The notes under the pieces: generated by a model
What the model was told of the DNA's origin: nothing
The model's database searches: none
The model's input: only the letters and a program-made list of their open reading frames with translations
Shown: in pieces, positions 21,499 through 30,717 of the stretch
Layout: each line of letters opens with the position of its first letter
How positions within the stretch are numbered: position 1 is the stretch's first letter
Origin: Candidatus Limnocylindria bacterium
GTDB taxonomy: Bacteria > Chloroflexota > Limnocylindria > P2-11E
Assembly: GCA_035935465.1 (NCBI GenBank)
Contig: DASYXA010000089.1
Coordinates: forward strand, 9,692 to 73,691
Reading direction: 5' to 3'
DNA length: 64,000 nt
Made by a program: the position numbers and the translations under genes

Positions 21499-22110
21499 TG
21501 GGCGCCGCACGTTGTAGTCGGTTGGGTCGGCAGCACGGTTGTAGTGATGAGCGAGTAAGTCGGTGCACCAAAGCTCGCGCCCGATCAGGCGGATCTGCTT
21601 CGACTCGCTCTTGGACTTCCACGCACAGACCTCGACTGGATCGAAGCCTCGCCTCTTGTCGAGATCGAAGAGTGCTTCGATGGCCGGCACAAGGTCGGTA
21701 TCGGTCGATGCGACGATCCCGACGTCAAACTCATCGGCGACGTAGCCGCGAACGAGGTCGACGGCGAGATGAACGTCGATCCCTTTCTCCTGCGCGCGCT
21801 CCGTCGGCCAGTTCCGGGGGTACCGGAGAGACCTCGGCACTACGACAACACCAGGCTGCGATGACCAGGCAGCGCACTGACGCATGTGTGCGCCGTACGT
21901 CTGCGGGTCGCGGCTTGAACTCGGTCGACCTGTGTAGATGCGGACCTGATGCAGCTTGCGGTCCGCACCGGGACGGACCGGGACGAGCACCTCGCCGAAT
22001 CGGCGAGGAGAGATCTGACCTCGCGTGCGATCGTCCGCTGGCGTGAAGAACGTTCGACGCGCGTCCTGATACAGGTTCTGCGCATCGATGAAGACAACGA
22101 TCCGTGGCAT
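21484..22110 (-). CDS. NYN-domain (LabA/DUF88-like) protein, putative RNase
   Basis: MPRIVVFIDAQNLYQDARRTF is the NYN N-terminal motif. ATG verified at 22108-22110. Confidence 0.65.
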   Translation of the reverse strand: MPRIVVFIDAQNLYQDARRTFFTPADDRTRGQISPRRFGEVLVPVRPGADRKLHQVRIYTGRPSSSRDPQTYGAHMRQCAAWSSQPGVVVVPRSLRYPRNWPTERAQEKGIDVHLAVDLVRGYVADEFDVGIVASTDTDLVPAIEALFDLDKRRGFDPVEVCAWKSKSESKQIRLIGRELWCTDLLAHHYNRAADPTDYNVRRPLPKR

Positions 22111-22173
22111 GGAGGGAACGTACGGCGGCCTCGCCGCCGTGTCACTACGGCGCGGTCTTGTCAGCCGGCACAT

Positions 22174-22215
22174 GGAAAAAAAGACCCCGCCAGTTCGCTT
22201 TCGCGGACGGCGGGG
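22174..22215 (-). terminator. Intrinsic (rho-independent) terminator of the minus-strand tsaC–S9-peptidase operon
   Basis: The minus-strand RNA reads CCCCGCC-(17 nt)-GGCGGGG followed by UCUUUUUUU, 80 nt past the peptidase stop. On the plus strand an A7 run sits at 22176-22182 and the stem halves at 22185-22191 and 22209-22215. Confidence 0.6.
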
Positions 22216-22296
22216 AAGATTGCCTAACAGGATAGCCGGGAAGGTGAGGTCGTCGGCGATAGTACGACGGACCTACCGAGCAACCGAACGGCCGTG

Positions 22297-24153
22297 CTAT
22301 GAGCCCACCAGCTGCTGCGTGAGGAACTCGACGATCCGCGCGTGGGCCCGATCCTGGTTCGCGCGCTTCGTGAAGCCATGGCCCTCGTCCTCGAAGACCA
22401 TGTACTCGACCGGCACGCCGCGGGCGCGGAGCCGCTCGACGACCTGATCGGACTCCTCCTTCGGGACGCGCGGATCGTTCGTGCCCTGCACCACGAGCAT
22501 CGGGCAGCGGACCTTGTCCATGTGGTTGATCGGCGAGCGCTCCACGAGCTTCGCGCGATCGGTCTCGAGGTCGCCGATCCAGAGCTTCAGGAACCGCCGC
22601 CAGTTCGGCTGGGCATGCTCGATCATCGTGACGAGGTTCGCGACGCCGAACACGTCGACCGCGCAGTTCCAGCGGTCGGGCATCGTCGTGACGCACACGA
22701 GCGTCGCGAACCCGCCGTACGAGCCGCCGTACACCGCCAGGCGCTGCGGATCGATGCGCGGGTCGGCCGCCATCCAGTCGGCGACCGCGCGGAGATCCCG
22801 CGCGTCGATGCCACCCCAGTCGCGGTGGATCGCCTTCTGCCAGCGCAGGCCGTAGCCCGTGGAGCCGTGGATGTTCGGCACGACGAGCGTGATGCCGCGG
22901 TCGACGAGCGACTGGAGGTACGCCATGCGGTCCGGGAATCCGGGGCGCGACTGGCCCTCAGGGCCGCCGTGCGGGTAGAGGACCGCGGGGGTGCGGCCGG
23001 CCGCGCCGTTGGGGCGGAAGACGAAGCACGGGATGTCCCCGTCGGCGGCCGCGATCCGGATGAGCTCGGGCTCGACCAGGTCGGAGGCCCGCACGGTGCG
23101 CGCGGTCTCGAACACCTTCCGGGCCTCGCCGGTGCGCAGATCGAGCACCCAGAGCTGCGGCGCGTCGGTCGCCGATGTGCGGTGGTACGCCGCGAGCGAT
23201 CCGTCGGCGGAGAGGATCAGGTCCTCGCACACGCCCCCGAGCGCGCGCTCGCCCCCGCGCTTCCGGTCCCGTTGCCAGCGGAGCGTCGAGTAGCCGTCCT
23301 CGTTCACCGACCAGATCTGGGCCCGACCATCGGCCGACGACGCGGCGAGCTCGACGTCCCACTCCGGAGCGTCGATGATCTCGCGCGCGCCGGTCGTCGC
23401 GTCGTACGCCGCGAGGTAGAGGTGCTCGCGCCCGGCGTCGGTCATCCCGAGCGGCCGGCCGTCGGCCAGCCACCCCGCGGGCACGTTCGAGACGTCGCTC
23501 CCATCTTCAGGACGGTGCGTGGTCAGGTGCCGCAGCGCGCCGGACGCGGCGTCGACGATGAACAGGTCCTGATCCGTGTTGGCCTGCACGCGCATCACGA
23601 GGAGCGCCTGCCCGTCGGGCGACCAGCCGCCGGCGACGTACCAGGTCGGACCGGCCACGAGGACCCGCTCGGTCGCGGTCTCGACGTCCTCGACGACGAT
23701 GTCCATGTCGGTGGGCTGGCGCGCGTTCGACGAGAATGCGACGCGCTTCCCGTCCGGCGAGGTCGCGTTCCACGACAGGAGCCGCTGCACGCGCTCGCCG
23801 TCGCTCCACGAGAGCTTCTCGACCCGCTCGTCACTGCGCGCGACGTACAGCTGGTGGAGCTCGGTGCCGCCGCGATCCGCCGCGCCGATCAGGTCGCCGC
23901 GCTTCGACCAGCTGAGCGAGCGGAGCGCGGCGCCATCGACGCCGAGCGCCGGCGACGGCTTGCCTGGCTTCGCGAGCGGCAGCGTCCAGGCGGAGTACGT
24001 GCCGAGGCCGAGATCGGCGATGAACGCGAGGGTGCCGTTGTCGGGCGAGATCGCGAGCGCCGAGCGGCACGAGAACCGGCGGGTCGTGTGCGGGATCGGC
24101 GCGATGCGCTCGCGAGGCTCGAAGTCGGACATCGGCCGGACCACGAGCGGCAT
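22297..24153 (-). CDS. S9-family serine peptidase (prolyl oligopeptidase / acylaminoacyl-peptidase type) with an N-terminal beta-propeller
   Basis: GGSYGG nucleophile motif with Asp/His in the C-terminal domain (FEDEGHGF). TolB-like repeats fill the N-terminal half. Confidence 0.8.
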   Translation of the reverse strand: MPLVVRPMSDFEPRERIAPIPHTTRRFSCRSALAISPDNGTLAFIADLGLGTYSAWTLPLAKPGKPSPALGVDGAALRSLSWSKRGDLIGAADRGGTELHQLYVARSDERVEKLSWSDGERVQRLLSWNATSPDGKRVAFSSNARQPTDMDIVVEDVETATERVLVAGPTWYVAGGWSPDGQALLVMRVQANTDQDLFIVDAASGALRHLTTHRPEDGSDVSNVPAGWLADGRPLGMTDAGREHLYLAAYDATTGAREIIDAPEWDVELAASSADGRAQIWSVNEDGYSTLRWQRDRKRGGERALGGVCEDLILSADGSLAAYHRTSATDAPQLWVLDLRTGEARKVFETARTVRASDLVEPELIRIAAADGDIPCFVFRPNGAAGRTPAVLYPHGGPEGQSRPGFPDRMAYLQSLVDRGITLVVPNIHGSTGYGLRWQKAIHRDWGGIDARDLRAVADWMAADPRIDPQRLAVYGGSYGGFATLVCVTTMPDRWNCAVDVFGVANLVTMIEHAQPNWRRFLKLWIGDLETDRAKLVERSPINHMDKVRCPMLVVQGTNDPRVPKEESDQVVERLRARGVPVEYMVFEDEGHGFTKRANQDRAHARIVEFLTQQLVGS

Positions 24154-24154
24154 C

Positions 24155-25054
24155 CTAGCCCGCGTCCGCGGCCAGCAGCTTCGCCATGTCGGCGGCGTTC
24201 GTCACGGCCTTGTCGCCGTAGCAGTTGTTCATGAGGACGTGGACCTCCTCGGTCTCGTCGGCGAGGTGTCTGATCTTGGCGAGCCACTCGGCGAGCTCCT
24301 CGTTCGAGTACGAGTAGTCGAACCGCTCGGCCGCGGAGAGGCCCTTCTTCTTCCAGTTCTCGGCGTTGCGTCCGTGGAACCGGACGATCGCGAGCCGCTC
24401 CGAGGTCGCGGCCGCGACCGGCGGCACGCTCGACGGGAAGCCCTGCGGCTCGTCCACGGCGACGTAGGTGAGGCCGTTGTCCGCCAGGAACGTCAACGTC
24501 TCGGCCCGGTTGCGCTCGCTCATCCAGGTCTCGTTGCGGAACTCGACGGCGAGGCGGTCGTCGGGCAGGCGCTCGCGCGCGTGCAGGATCTCGTCCTTGT
24601 TCCGGTGTGAGATCACGAACCAGTCGGGGTACTGCAGGAGGATCGCGCCGAGCTTGCCGGCCGTCCGCAGCGGCTCGAGGGCGACCCAGAAGCGCGCGTG
24701 GATCTCGTCGCGGATCTCGGCCGGGAGATCCTTCGGATAGAGCCGCCGCTTGTCCCGGGCCGCGGCCGGGAGCGACTCGCGGATGTTCTTCGGCAGCCGC
24801 TGCGGATCGATCGGGTGCGTCGTGATCGTGCCGAAGGCCTTGAAGTCCATGGTGAAGCCGGCTGGCGTGCGCTCCGTCCAAAGCTGCGCCTGCTTCGGGT
24901 CCGGGAGCGCGTAGTACGCCGCGTCGTTCTCGACCACCGGGAACCGGTCGGCGTAGAACCGGAGGCGCTCGTCGGCCTTCTTCGCGACCTGCTCGGGATA
25001 CCAGCCCGACGCGAGGAGCGTGGGATCGGTCCACGAGCACGTGCCGACCTTGAT
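24155..25054 (-). CDS. DUF72 (YecE-like, UPF0759) family protein; start codon unresolved
   Basis: The C-terminal 299 aa of ORF 24155..25579 read IKVGTCSWTDPTLLASGWYPEQ..., matching YecE MIYIGLPQW. No ATG/GTG/TTG lies between that N-terminus and the wecA stop. ATC at 25052-25054 and ATA at 25100-25102 are the only in-frame near-cognates; the ATA overlaps the wecA TAG as ATAG. Confidence 0.55.
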   Translation of the reverse strand: MKVGTCSWTDPTLLASGWYPEQVAKKADERLRFYADRFPVVENDAAYYALPDPKQAQLWTERTPAGFTMDFKAFGTITTHPIDPQRLPKNIRESLPAAARDKRRLYPKDLPAEIRDEIHARFWVALEPLRTAGKLGAILLQYPDWFVISHRNKDEILHARERLPDDRLAVEFRNETWMSERNRAETLTFLADNGLTYVAVDEPQGFPSSVPPVAAATSERLAIVRFHGRNAENWKKKGLSAAERFDYSYSNEELAEWLAKIRHLADETEEVHVLMNNCYGDKAVTNAADMAKLLAADAG

Positions 25055-25098
25055 CCGTCCCGAACCTGAGCGCTCCGCGCCCGGGGGCCCGGCCCTGG

Positions 25099-26220
25099 CT
25101 ATTCGGCCTTCTCCGGATAGAGGCTCGGATCGAGCTCCTCGGCCTTCGCGCTGCGCTGCGACAGGGCGAGCACGACGACACCGAACAGCACGAGCACGCC
25201 GACGAAGGCGTAGGTCTGCGCGCGGCCGCTCGACAGGAACGCGAGCGCGCCGAGACCGAGGGTGATCGCGTAGATGAGCAGCACGGCCTGGCGGTGCGAC
25301 AGGCCGACGTCGAGCAGCTTGTGGTGGAAGTGGCCGCGATCGGGCGCGAACGGCGCTTGGCCCGTGACGAGGCGGCGGACGATCACGTAGAAGGTGTCGA
25401 TGATCGGCACGCCGAGGACGAGGAGCGCCGCCGCGACCTTCGCGGTGCCGAAGATCGACAGCACCGCGAGCATGGTGCCGACGAACGCGACGCCGGTCGT
25501 GCCGAGGAACACCTTCGCCGGATGGACGTTGAAGACGAGGAAACCCGCGATCGCGCCCGCGAGCGTGAAGTTCATCCACGCCACGAACGGCTCGTTCACC
25601 GCCGGCAGGAGCGCGGTGGCGCCGAGGGCGACGGCCGCGATGGCCGCGACGCCGGCGGCCAGGCCGTCGAGCCCGTCGATGAAGTTCAGGGCGTTGTTCA
25701 TGCCGACGATCCAGAAGACCGTGAATCCGATCGCGATCGGCGGCGCGAGCTGGATGAGCCCGTCCCCGCGCGGGTCGTTGATGAAGTCGACGCGGATGCC
25801 GGCCGCGACGATGATCGCCGCGATCGCGAAGTAGCCGAGCAGCTGCCAGCGAGCCCGCAGGTCGAGGGCGTCGTCGAGCACGCCGACGGCGAGCCCGAGG
25901 AATGCGGCCATCGCGGTGAGCGTGAAGCGCGGCGTGCGGACCTCCTCGGGGATGAGGAACGGGTGACCGTTCAGCCGGTCGACGAGCCAGAACGCGAACA
26001 CCGCGAGCCCGAACGCGATCGCGATCCCGAGGCCGCCGATCCGCGGGATCGGCTCGGGATGCGTCCGCCGGCCACCGGGTGTGTCCAGGAGCCCGATCCG
26101 GCGGGCGAGCGCGCCGACGATCGGCGTCACCGCGAGCGCGATGAGGAACGCGAGCAGCGCCGAGCCGGCGAACAGCAGGAGCGTGCTCGCACTGACCGTG
26201 ACGGAGAGGAACGGATCCAT
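25099..26220 (-). CDS. wecA: Undecaprenyl-phosphate GlcNAc-1-phosphate transferase (WecA/TagO/Rfe, MraY-family polyprenyl-phosphate N-acetylhexosamine-1-phosphate transferase)
   Basis: 373-aa, 10-11-TM protein with the NALNFIDGLDGLA motif. It occupies the position of rfe in the conserved actinobacterial gene order. Confidence 0.8.
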   Translation of the reverse strand: MDPFLSVTVSASTLLLFAGSALLAFLIALAVTPIVGALARRIGLLDTPGGRRTHPEPIPRIGGLGIAIAFGLAVFAFWLVDRLNGHPFLIPEEVRTPRFTLTAMAAFLGLAVGVLDDALDLRARWQLLGYFAIAAIIVAAGIRVDFINDPRGDGLIQLAPPIAIGFTVFWIVGMNNALNFIDGLDGLAAGVAAIAAVALGATALLPAVNEPFVAWMNFTLAGAIAGFLVFNVHPAKVFLGTTGVAFVGTMLAVLSIFGTAKVAAALLVLGVPIIDTFYVIVRRLVTGQAPFAPDRGHFHHKLLDVGLSHRQAVLLIYAITLGLGALAFLSSGRAQTYAFVGVLVLFGVVVLALSQRSAKAEELDPSLYPEKAE

Positions 26221-26849
26221 CAGCTCGTACCGAACTGGCGGTCGCCGGCGTCGCCGAGGCCGGGGACGATGTAGCCCTTCTCGTTCAGGCGCTCGTCGAG
26301 CGCCGCGACGTGGACCGGGACGTCAGGATGCGCGTCGCTCAACGCCCGCACGCCCTCGGGCGCCGCGATCAGGCCGACGTACTTCACCCGGCGCGCACCC
26401 CACCGCTTGAGGATCTCGATCGTCGCGACGGACGAGCCGCCGGTCGCGAGCATCGGGTCGAGGACCAGGCAGACCTGCGCGGTCGCCTCCGACGGGAGCT
26501 TGTTGTAGTACTCGATCGGCCGGAGCGTGTGCTCGTCGCGGAACAGGCCGATGTGCCAGACCTGCGCCTCCGGGATGAGCTGCAGCGCCGCCTCGACCAT
26601 ACCGATGCCCGCTCGCAAGACCGGCACCAGACCGATCGTCTGGCTCAAGCGCGCCCCGGTATATGGGGCGAGCGGCGTCCGCACCTCGGCCGGAACGGTC
26701 GACAGGTCGGCGGTCGCCTCGTAGAGGACGAGCAGCGCGATCTCGTGGACCAGCCGCCGGAACTCCGGAGGCGGCGTCCGCTCGTCACGAAGGCGCGTGA
26801 CCTTCTCCTTGACGAGCGGGTGGGTCGAGACGTGGAGCTGGTCGGTCAG
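26220..26849 (-). CDS. upp: Uracil phosphoribosyltransferase
   Basis: [16 protein letters not shown]...[11 protein letters not shown]...[16 protein letters not shown] aligns end to end with Upp. There is no canonical start; CTG at 26847-26849 overlaps the glyA TGA as CTGA. Confidence 0.8.
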   Translation of the reverse strand: MTDQLHVSTHPLVKEKVTRLRDERTPPPEFRRLVHEIALLVLYEATADLSTVPAEVRTPLAPYTGARLSQTIGLVPVLRAGIGMVEAALQLIPEAQVWHIGLFRDEHTLRPIEYYNKLPSEATAQVCLVLDPMLATGGSSVATIEILKRWGARRVKYVGLIAAPEGVRALSDAHPDVPVHVAALDERLNEKGYIVPGLGDAGDRQFGTS

Positions 26850-28114
26850 GCTCGGGCCGGCTCGCGGGTGGTCGGGGATATCCCGGGCACCGGGAACCGG
26901 CGCGTCAGGTCGAGCACCTCGTCGGCGATCTGCTTCGCGATCGTCTCGTCCTTCGCCTCGCGCAGGGCGCGGGCGATGAGCGCGCCGATACGCTCCATCT
27001 CGGCTTCCTTCATCCCGCGCGTCGTGATCGCGGGCGTGCCGATGCGGATGCCCGACGCGGTCCCCGGCTTCTGCGGGTCGTACGGGATGGTGTTCTTGTT
27101 CACGGTGATCCCGACCGCATCGAGGAGCTTCTCCGCCGCCTTGCCGGTGAGGCTCATCGGCCGGACGTCGACGAGCATGAGATGGTTGTCGGTGCCGCCC
27201 GATACGACGCGGAGCCCGGCGCCCGCGAGCGCCGCGGCGAGCGTCGTCGCGTTCGCGCGGATCTGCTTCGCGTAGGTCCTGAACTCCGGCGTCGCCGCTT
27301 CCTTGAGCGCGACGGCCTTGCCGGCGATGACGTGCATGAGCGGGCCGCCCTGCGCGTACGGGAACACCGCCTTGTCGACCGCCTTCGCGTACTCCTCGGT
27401 GCAGAGGATCATCCCGCCGCGCGGGCCACGGAGCGTCTTGTGCGTCGTGGTGGTCACGATCTGCGCGTGTGGCACCGGGTTCGGATGCTCCCCCGCCGCG
27501 ACGAGACCGGCGAAGTGCGCCATGTCGACCATCAGGAGCGCGCCCACAGCGTCGGCGATCGCCCGAAGGCGCGCGAAGTCGAAGAACCTTGGATACGCGG
27601 TCGCGCCGGCCACGATGAGCTTCGGGTGGTGCTCCGTCGCGAGGGCTTCGAGCGCGTCGTAGTCGATGGTCTCGTCGTCGCGCTTCACCCCGTACGGCAC
27701 GAACGTATAGAGCTGGGCCGAGAAGTTCACCGGGGAGCCGTGGGTCAGGTGGCCGCCCTGATCGAGGGCCATGCCGAGCACCACGTCGCCCGGCTTGAGG
27801 ATCGCGGCGTAGGCCGACATGTTCGCCTGCGCGCCGGCGTGCGGCTGGACGTTCGCGTGCTGCGCGCCGAACAGCGCCTTCGCGCGCTCGATCGCCAATG
27901 ACTCGGCGACGTCGACCCACTCGCAGCCGCCGTAGTAGCGGTGCCCCGGGTAGCCCTCGGCATACTTGTTCGTGAGCACGCTGCCGACCGCGTCCAGGAC
28001 CGCCTGGCTCGTGTAGTTCTCGGACGCGATGAGCTCGATCTTCTCGACCTGCCGCTTGCGTTCGCTCTCGATCGCCGCGTAGATCTCCGGATCGATCCGT
28101 TCGAGCTCGCTCAT
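26846..28114 (-). CDS. glyA: Serine hydroxymethyltransferase
   Basis: [22 protein letters not shown]...[17 protein letters not shown] verified at 28112-28114 with an AAAGGTGAAAGGGA Shine-Dalgarno. The 60-aa N-extension in the ORF track is junk. Confidence 0.95.
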   Translation of the reverse strand: MSELERIDPEIYAAIESERKRQVEKIELIASENYTSQAVLDAVGSVLTNKYAEGYPGHRYYGGCEWVDVAESLAIERAKALFGAQHANVQPHAGAQANMSAYAAILKPGDVVLGMALDQGGHLTHGSPVNFSAQLYTFVPYGVKRDDETIDYDALEALATEHHPKLIVAGATAYPRFFDFARLRAIADAVGALLMVDMAHFAGLVAAGEHPNPVPHAQIVTTTTHKTLRGPRGGMILCTEEYAKAVDKAVFPYAQGGPLMHVIAGKAVALKEAATPEFRTYAKQIRANATTLAAALAGAGLRVVSGGTDNHLMLVDVRPMSLTGKAAEKLLDAVGITVNKNTIPYDPQKPGTASGIRIGTPAITTRGMKEAEMERIGALIARALREAKDETIAKQIADEVLDLTRRFPVPGISPTTREPARA

Positions 28115-28560
28115 GTCCCTTTCACCTTTTCCAGATCTTCGATCTGCTTGCGCCGGCGCTCGTGCCGCTCGCCTTGGACCGTCGCGCCGAGGTAGGCGTC
28201 GACAACGGATTTCGCGAGCTCGATCCCGATCACCCGCTCGCCGAGGGTGAGCAGATTGACGTTCACGTGCTCGACGGCGTCGCGCGCGGACCACTCGTTG
28301 TCCACGACCGCGGCACGCACGCCCGCGATCTTGTTGGCGGCGACGGCCGGGCCGATCCCGGAGCCGCAGCAGAAGATGCCGCGCTGGTAGCGGCCGCCCG
28401 CGATCGCGCGGGCGAGCGGCTCGACGATGAGCGGGTAGTCGTCATCGGGGTCGTTCTCGGGCGAGAGGTCATCGACCTGATGCCCGTTGAGCCGGAGATG
28501 GTGCGCGACCTGGTCTCTCAGGTCCACGCCCGCGTGATCGGCCGCGATGCCGATCCTCAC
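28111..28560 (-). CDS. rpiB: Ribose-5-phosphate isomerase B
   Basis: [14 protein letters not shown]...[21 protein letters not shown] overlap with glyA. Confidence 0.85.
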   Translation of the reverse strand: MRIGIAADHAGVDLRDQVAHHLRLNGHQVDDLSPENDPDDDYPLIVEPLARAIAGGRYQRGIFCCGSGIGPAVAANKIAGVRAAVVDNEWSARDAVEHVNVNLLTLGERVIGIELAKSVVDAYLGATVQGERHERRRKQIEDLEKVKGT

Positions 28561-29159
28561 GAGTACGACTCCACGCCGAGCAGCGCTTCCTCGAGCTGCG
28601 CCTTCGAGATCGCGCCCTCGCGCAGGACGGTGAGCGGCTCGGTCGTACAGTCCACGATCGTCGAGCTCTGCCCGATCGGCGTCGGGCCGCCGTCGAGGAT
28701 GATCGACACGCGGCCGTCGAGCTGCTCCTGGACCTGCTGCGCGGTCTTCGACTCCGGCTTGCCCGAGCGGTTGGCGCTCGTGACCGGCAGACCGCCCCCG
28801 CTCGCGGCGATGATCCGTCGCGCGACGTCGTTCGCCGGGACGCGGAACGCGATCGTCCCGCGGCGCGGCGCGACCAGCACGATCGTCAGCGGACCGGGCC
28901 AGAACCGCGCGGCGAGCGCGCGCGCGGCCGGCGTGACCATCGCGCTCGCCTCGAGGTTCATGGCGTCGGACAGCAGGATGGGGATGCGCTTGTCCTTCGG
29001 GCGGTCCTTCGCGAGGTAGAGCTTGCGAAGATGGTCATGGCCGGCGGCGAGGCCGTAGACGGTGTCGGTGGGAAATGCGACAAGCTCCCCGTTCGCGAGC
29101 GCGGTCGCGGCCTCTTCCACCGCCCCTGGCGCGTCCGCCGGAAGGAGGCGGGTCTTCAC
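28557..29159 (-). CDS. L-threonylcarbamoyladenylate synthase, YrdC/TsaC (Sua5/YciO/YrdC) family
   Basis: VAFPTDTVYGLAA...PVTSANRSGKPE; 200 aa covering the YrdC domain only. Confidence 0.8.
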   Translation of the reverse strand: MKTRLLPADAPGAVEEAATALANGELVAFPTDTVYGLAAGHDHLRKLYLAKDRPKDKRIPILLSDAMNLEASAMVTPAARALAARFWPGPLTIVLVAPRRGTIAFRVPANDVARRIIAASGGGLPVTSANRSGKPESKTAQQVQEQLDGRVSIILDGGPTPIGQSSTIVDCTTEPLTVLREGAISKAQLEEALLGVESYS

Positions 29160-29201
29160 TCCACCGATGATAACGAGGCCGGCCCGTCCGGAAACGCGGC
29201 C

Positions 29202-29687
29202 TCAGCGCGGCGGACGGACGTCCGTTGTTGCCGGGGTTCGGTCGTATTCACCTCCGAGCGAACGAAGCAGAAAGATCGCGACGCCGTATGCGAGCAGCAG
29301 TCCCAGCGCCGCAAGGATGATCAGCGCGATCCGACCGGCTAGATCGGCACGTTGCGATTCCAAGAAGAGCGGGAGAGCGAAACATCCGAATGTGACACCG
29401 GCGTAAAGCGCTGCGGTCCATCGATAGCCAAGCCGACGCCCGAACCAAAGGTCAAGCAGGTGGCGCCGCGCGAGCCACAACAGGAGAAAGATCGTCGCGG
29501 GCCATGCGTCGATCACGAACGTCCAGATCGCGGCGGCCGCGATCACGCCGCTGACGATCACTCTCGTTCGAAGACCGAACTTCATTCCGAATGGCGAGCT
29601 CGAGTCCAAGACCGCGAGTGTGACGACGCTCAGCGGGATCACGATGAGCAGGTTCGCGGCGAGCAAGACGTAGTCTGCGGTGGTCAC
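29202..29687 (-). CDS. Hypothetical 4-TM membrane protein
   Basis: 161-aa hydrophobic product. It sits between prmC and tsaC in the conserved operon. Confidence 0.5.
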   Translation of the reverse strand: MTTADYVLLAANLLIVIPLSVVTLAVLDSSSPFGMKFGLRTRVIVSGVIAAAAIWTFVIDAWPATIFLLLWLARRHLLDLWFGRRLGYRWTAALYAGVTFGCFALPLFLESQRADLAGRIALIILAALGLLLAYGVAIFLLRSLGGEYDRTPATTDVRPPR

Positions 29688-29871
29688 TTCAGATGCCCCG
29701 TCGCTCGTCCAGCGCTTTCACCATGGTCTTCGGCGCGACCACGCGATAACTCTCGTGGACCCAGTCGTTTCAATTCGGAGAGCAGCGAGTCGCTGACGGT
29801 GTTCGTTCGTAGAGACATCCAGCCGGCCTTGCCGAGGCCGATACACGTTCGCGTGCGTGCGCAGCGCGGCG

Positions 29872-30705
29872 TCACCGGCGCATGCGCACGACCCGATCGA
29901 GGCCGGCAAGATCCTTCAGCACATCGACGGTCCCGAGCGGCCGCAGCAGCGCGGCGATCGGCTCGGCCTGCGGCGGATCGCACTCGAAGAACGCCGCGCC
30001 ATCCGGCGCCAGGACGCGGGGCAGATCGGCGATCGCGTGGCGCACGAGCGCGAGCCCGTCCGGTCCGGCGACGGTCGCGACGCGCGGCTCGAACGCGAGC
30101 GACGTCCGCTCGCCGGCGAGCTCCTCGAGCGCGTCGTCGCGCAGGTACGGAAGGTTCGCGGCGACGACGTCGACCCGCTCCGTCACGGTGGTCAACAGGT
30201 CACCCCGACGGAACTCGATCCGCGCGCCGTTCGCCGCGGCGTTCACGCGCGCGACGGCGAGCGCCGCGACCGAGACGTCGGTCGCGATCACCCGCAGCCG
30301 CGGCGCGCTCAGGGCGAGCGCGACCGCGATCGCGCCCGACCCGGTGCCGACATCGACGACCGTGAGTCCGCGGTCGCTCACGTGGTCGCGGACCGCATCG
30401 ACGAGGATCTCGGTCTCCGGTCGCGGCACGAGCACCCGCGGATCGACCGCGAAGCGGAGCCCGTAGAACTCCTTGAAGCCGCGCAGGTACGCGACCGGCA
30501 CGCCGTCGGCGCGTTTCGCGACGAACGTGTCGAACCGGGCTGCCTCCTCCGGCCCCAGCTCGACCTCGGGATGCGCGACGAGCGCCTCCTTCTCCACGCC
30601 GAGCGCGTGCGCCAGGAGCACGTCGGCGTCGAGTGCCGGTGTGGGCGCGCCGGCGCGGCGCAGCGTCTCGGTCGCGCGCGCACGGGCCTCGCCGCGAGTG
30701 GGCAC
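29872..30705 (-). CDS. prmC: Release-factor glutamine N5-methyltransferase PrmC (HemK)
   Basis: (M)PTRGEARARATETLRRAGAPTPALDADVLLAHALG...VVDVGTGSGAIAVAL...VVAANLPYL (an NPPY variant). GTG verified at 30703-30705. The rest of ORF 29872..31677 is antisense junk. Confidence 0.8.
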   Translation of the reverse strand: MPTRGEARARATETLRRAGAPTPALDADVLLAHALGVEKEALVAHPEVELGPEEAARFDTFVAKRADGVPVAYLRGFKEFYGLRFAVDPRVLVPRPETEILVDAVRDHVSDRGLTVVDVGTGSGAIAVALALSAPRLRVIATDVSVAALAVARVNAAANGARIEFRRGDLLTTVTERVDVVAANLPYLRDDALEELAGERTSLAFEPRVATVAGPDGLALVRHAIADLPRVLAPDGAAFFECDPPQAEPIAALLRPLGTVDVLKDLAGLDRVVRMRR

Positions 30706-30717
30706 GTTGGAAGTATC

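Noticed and set aside
26220-27920. 566-aa ORF containing upp
   Set aside because: Its upstream 350 residues overlap glyA in another frame and are Arg-rich. Upp homology begins exactly at the CTG.
29684-29983. 99-aa minus-strand ORF in the prmC / membrane-protein gap
   Set aside because: Mostly Arg/Ala-rich and it overlaps the prmC 3' region. It is probably not coding, but a small protein cannot be ruled out.
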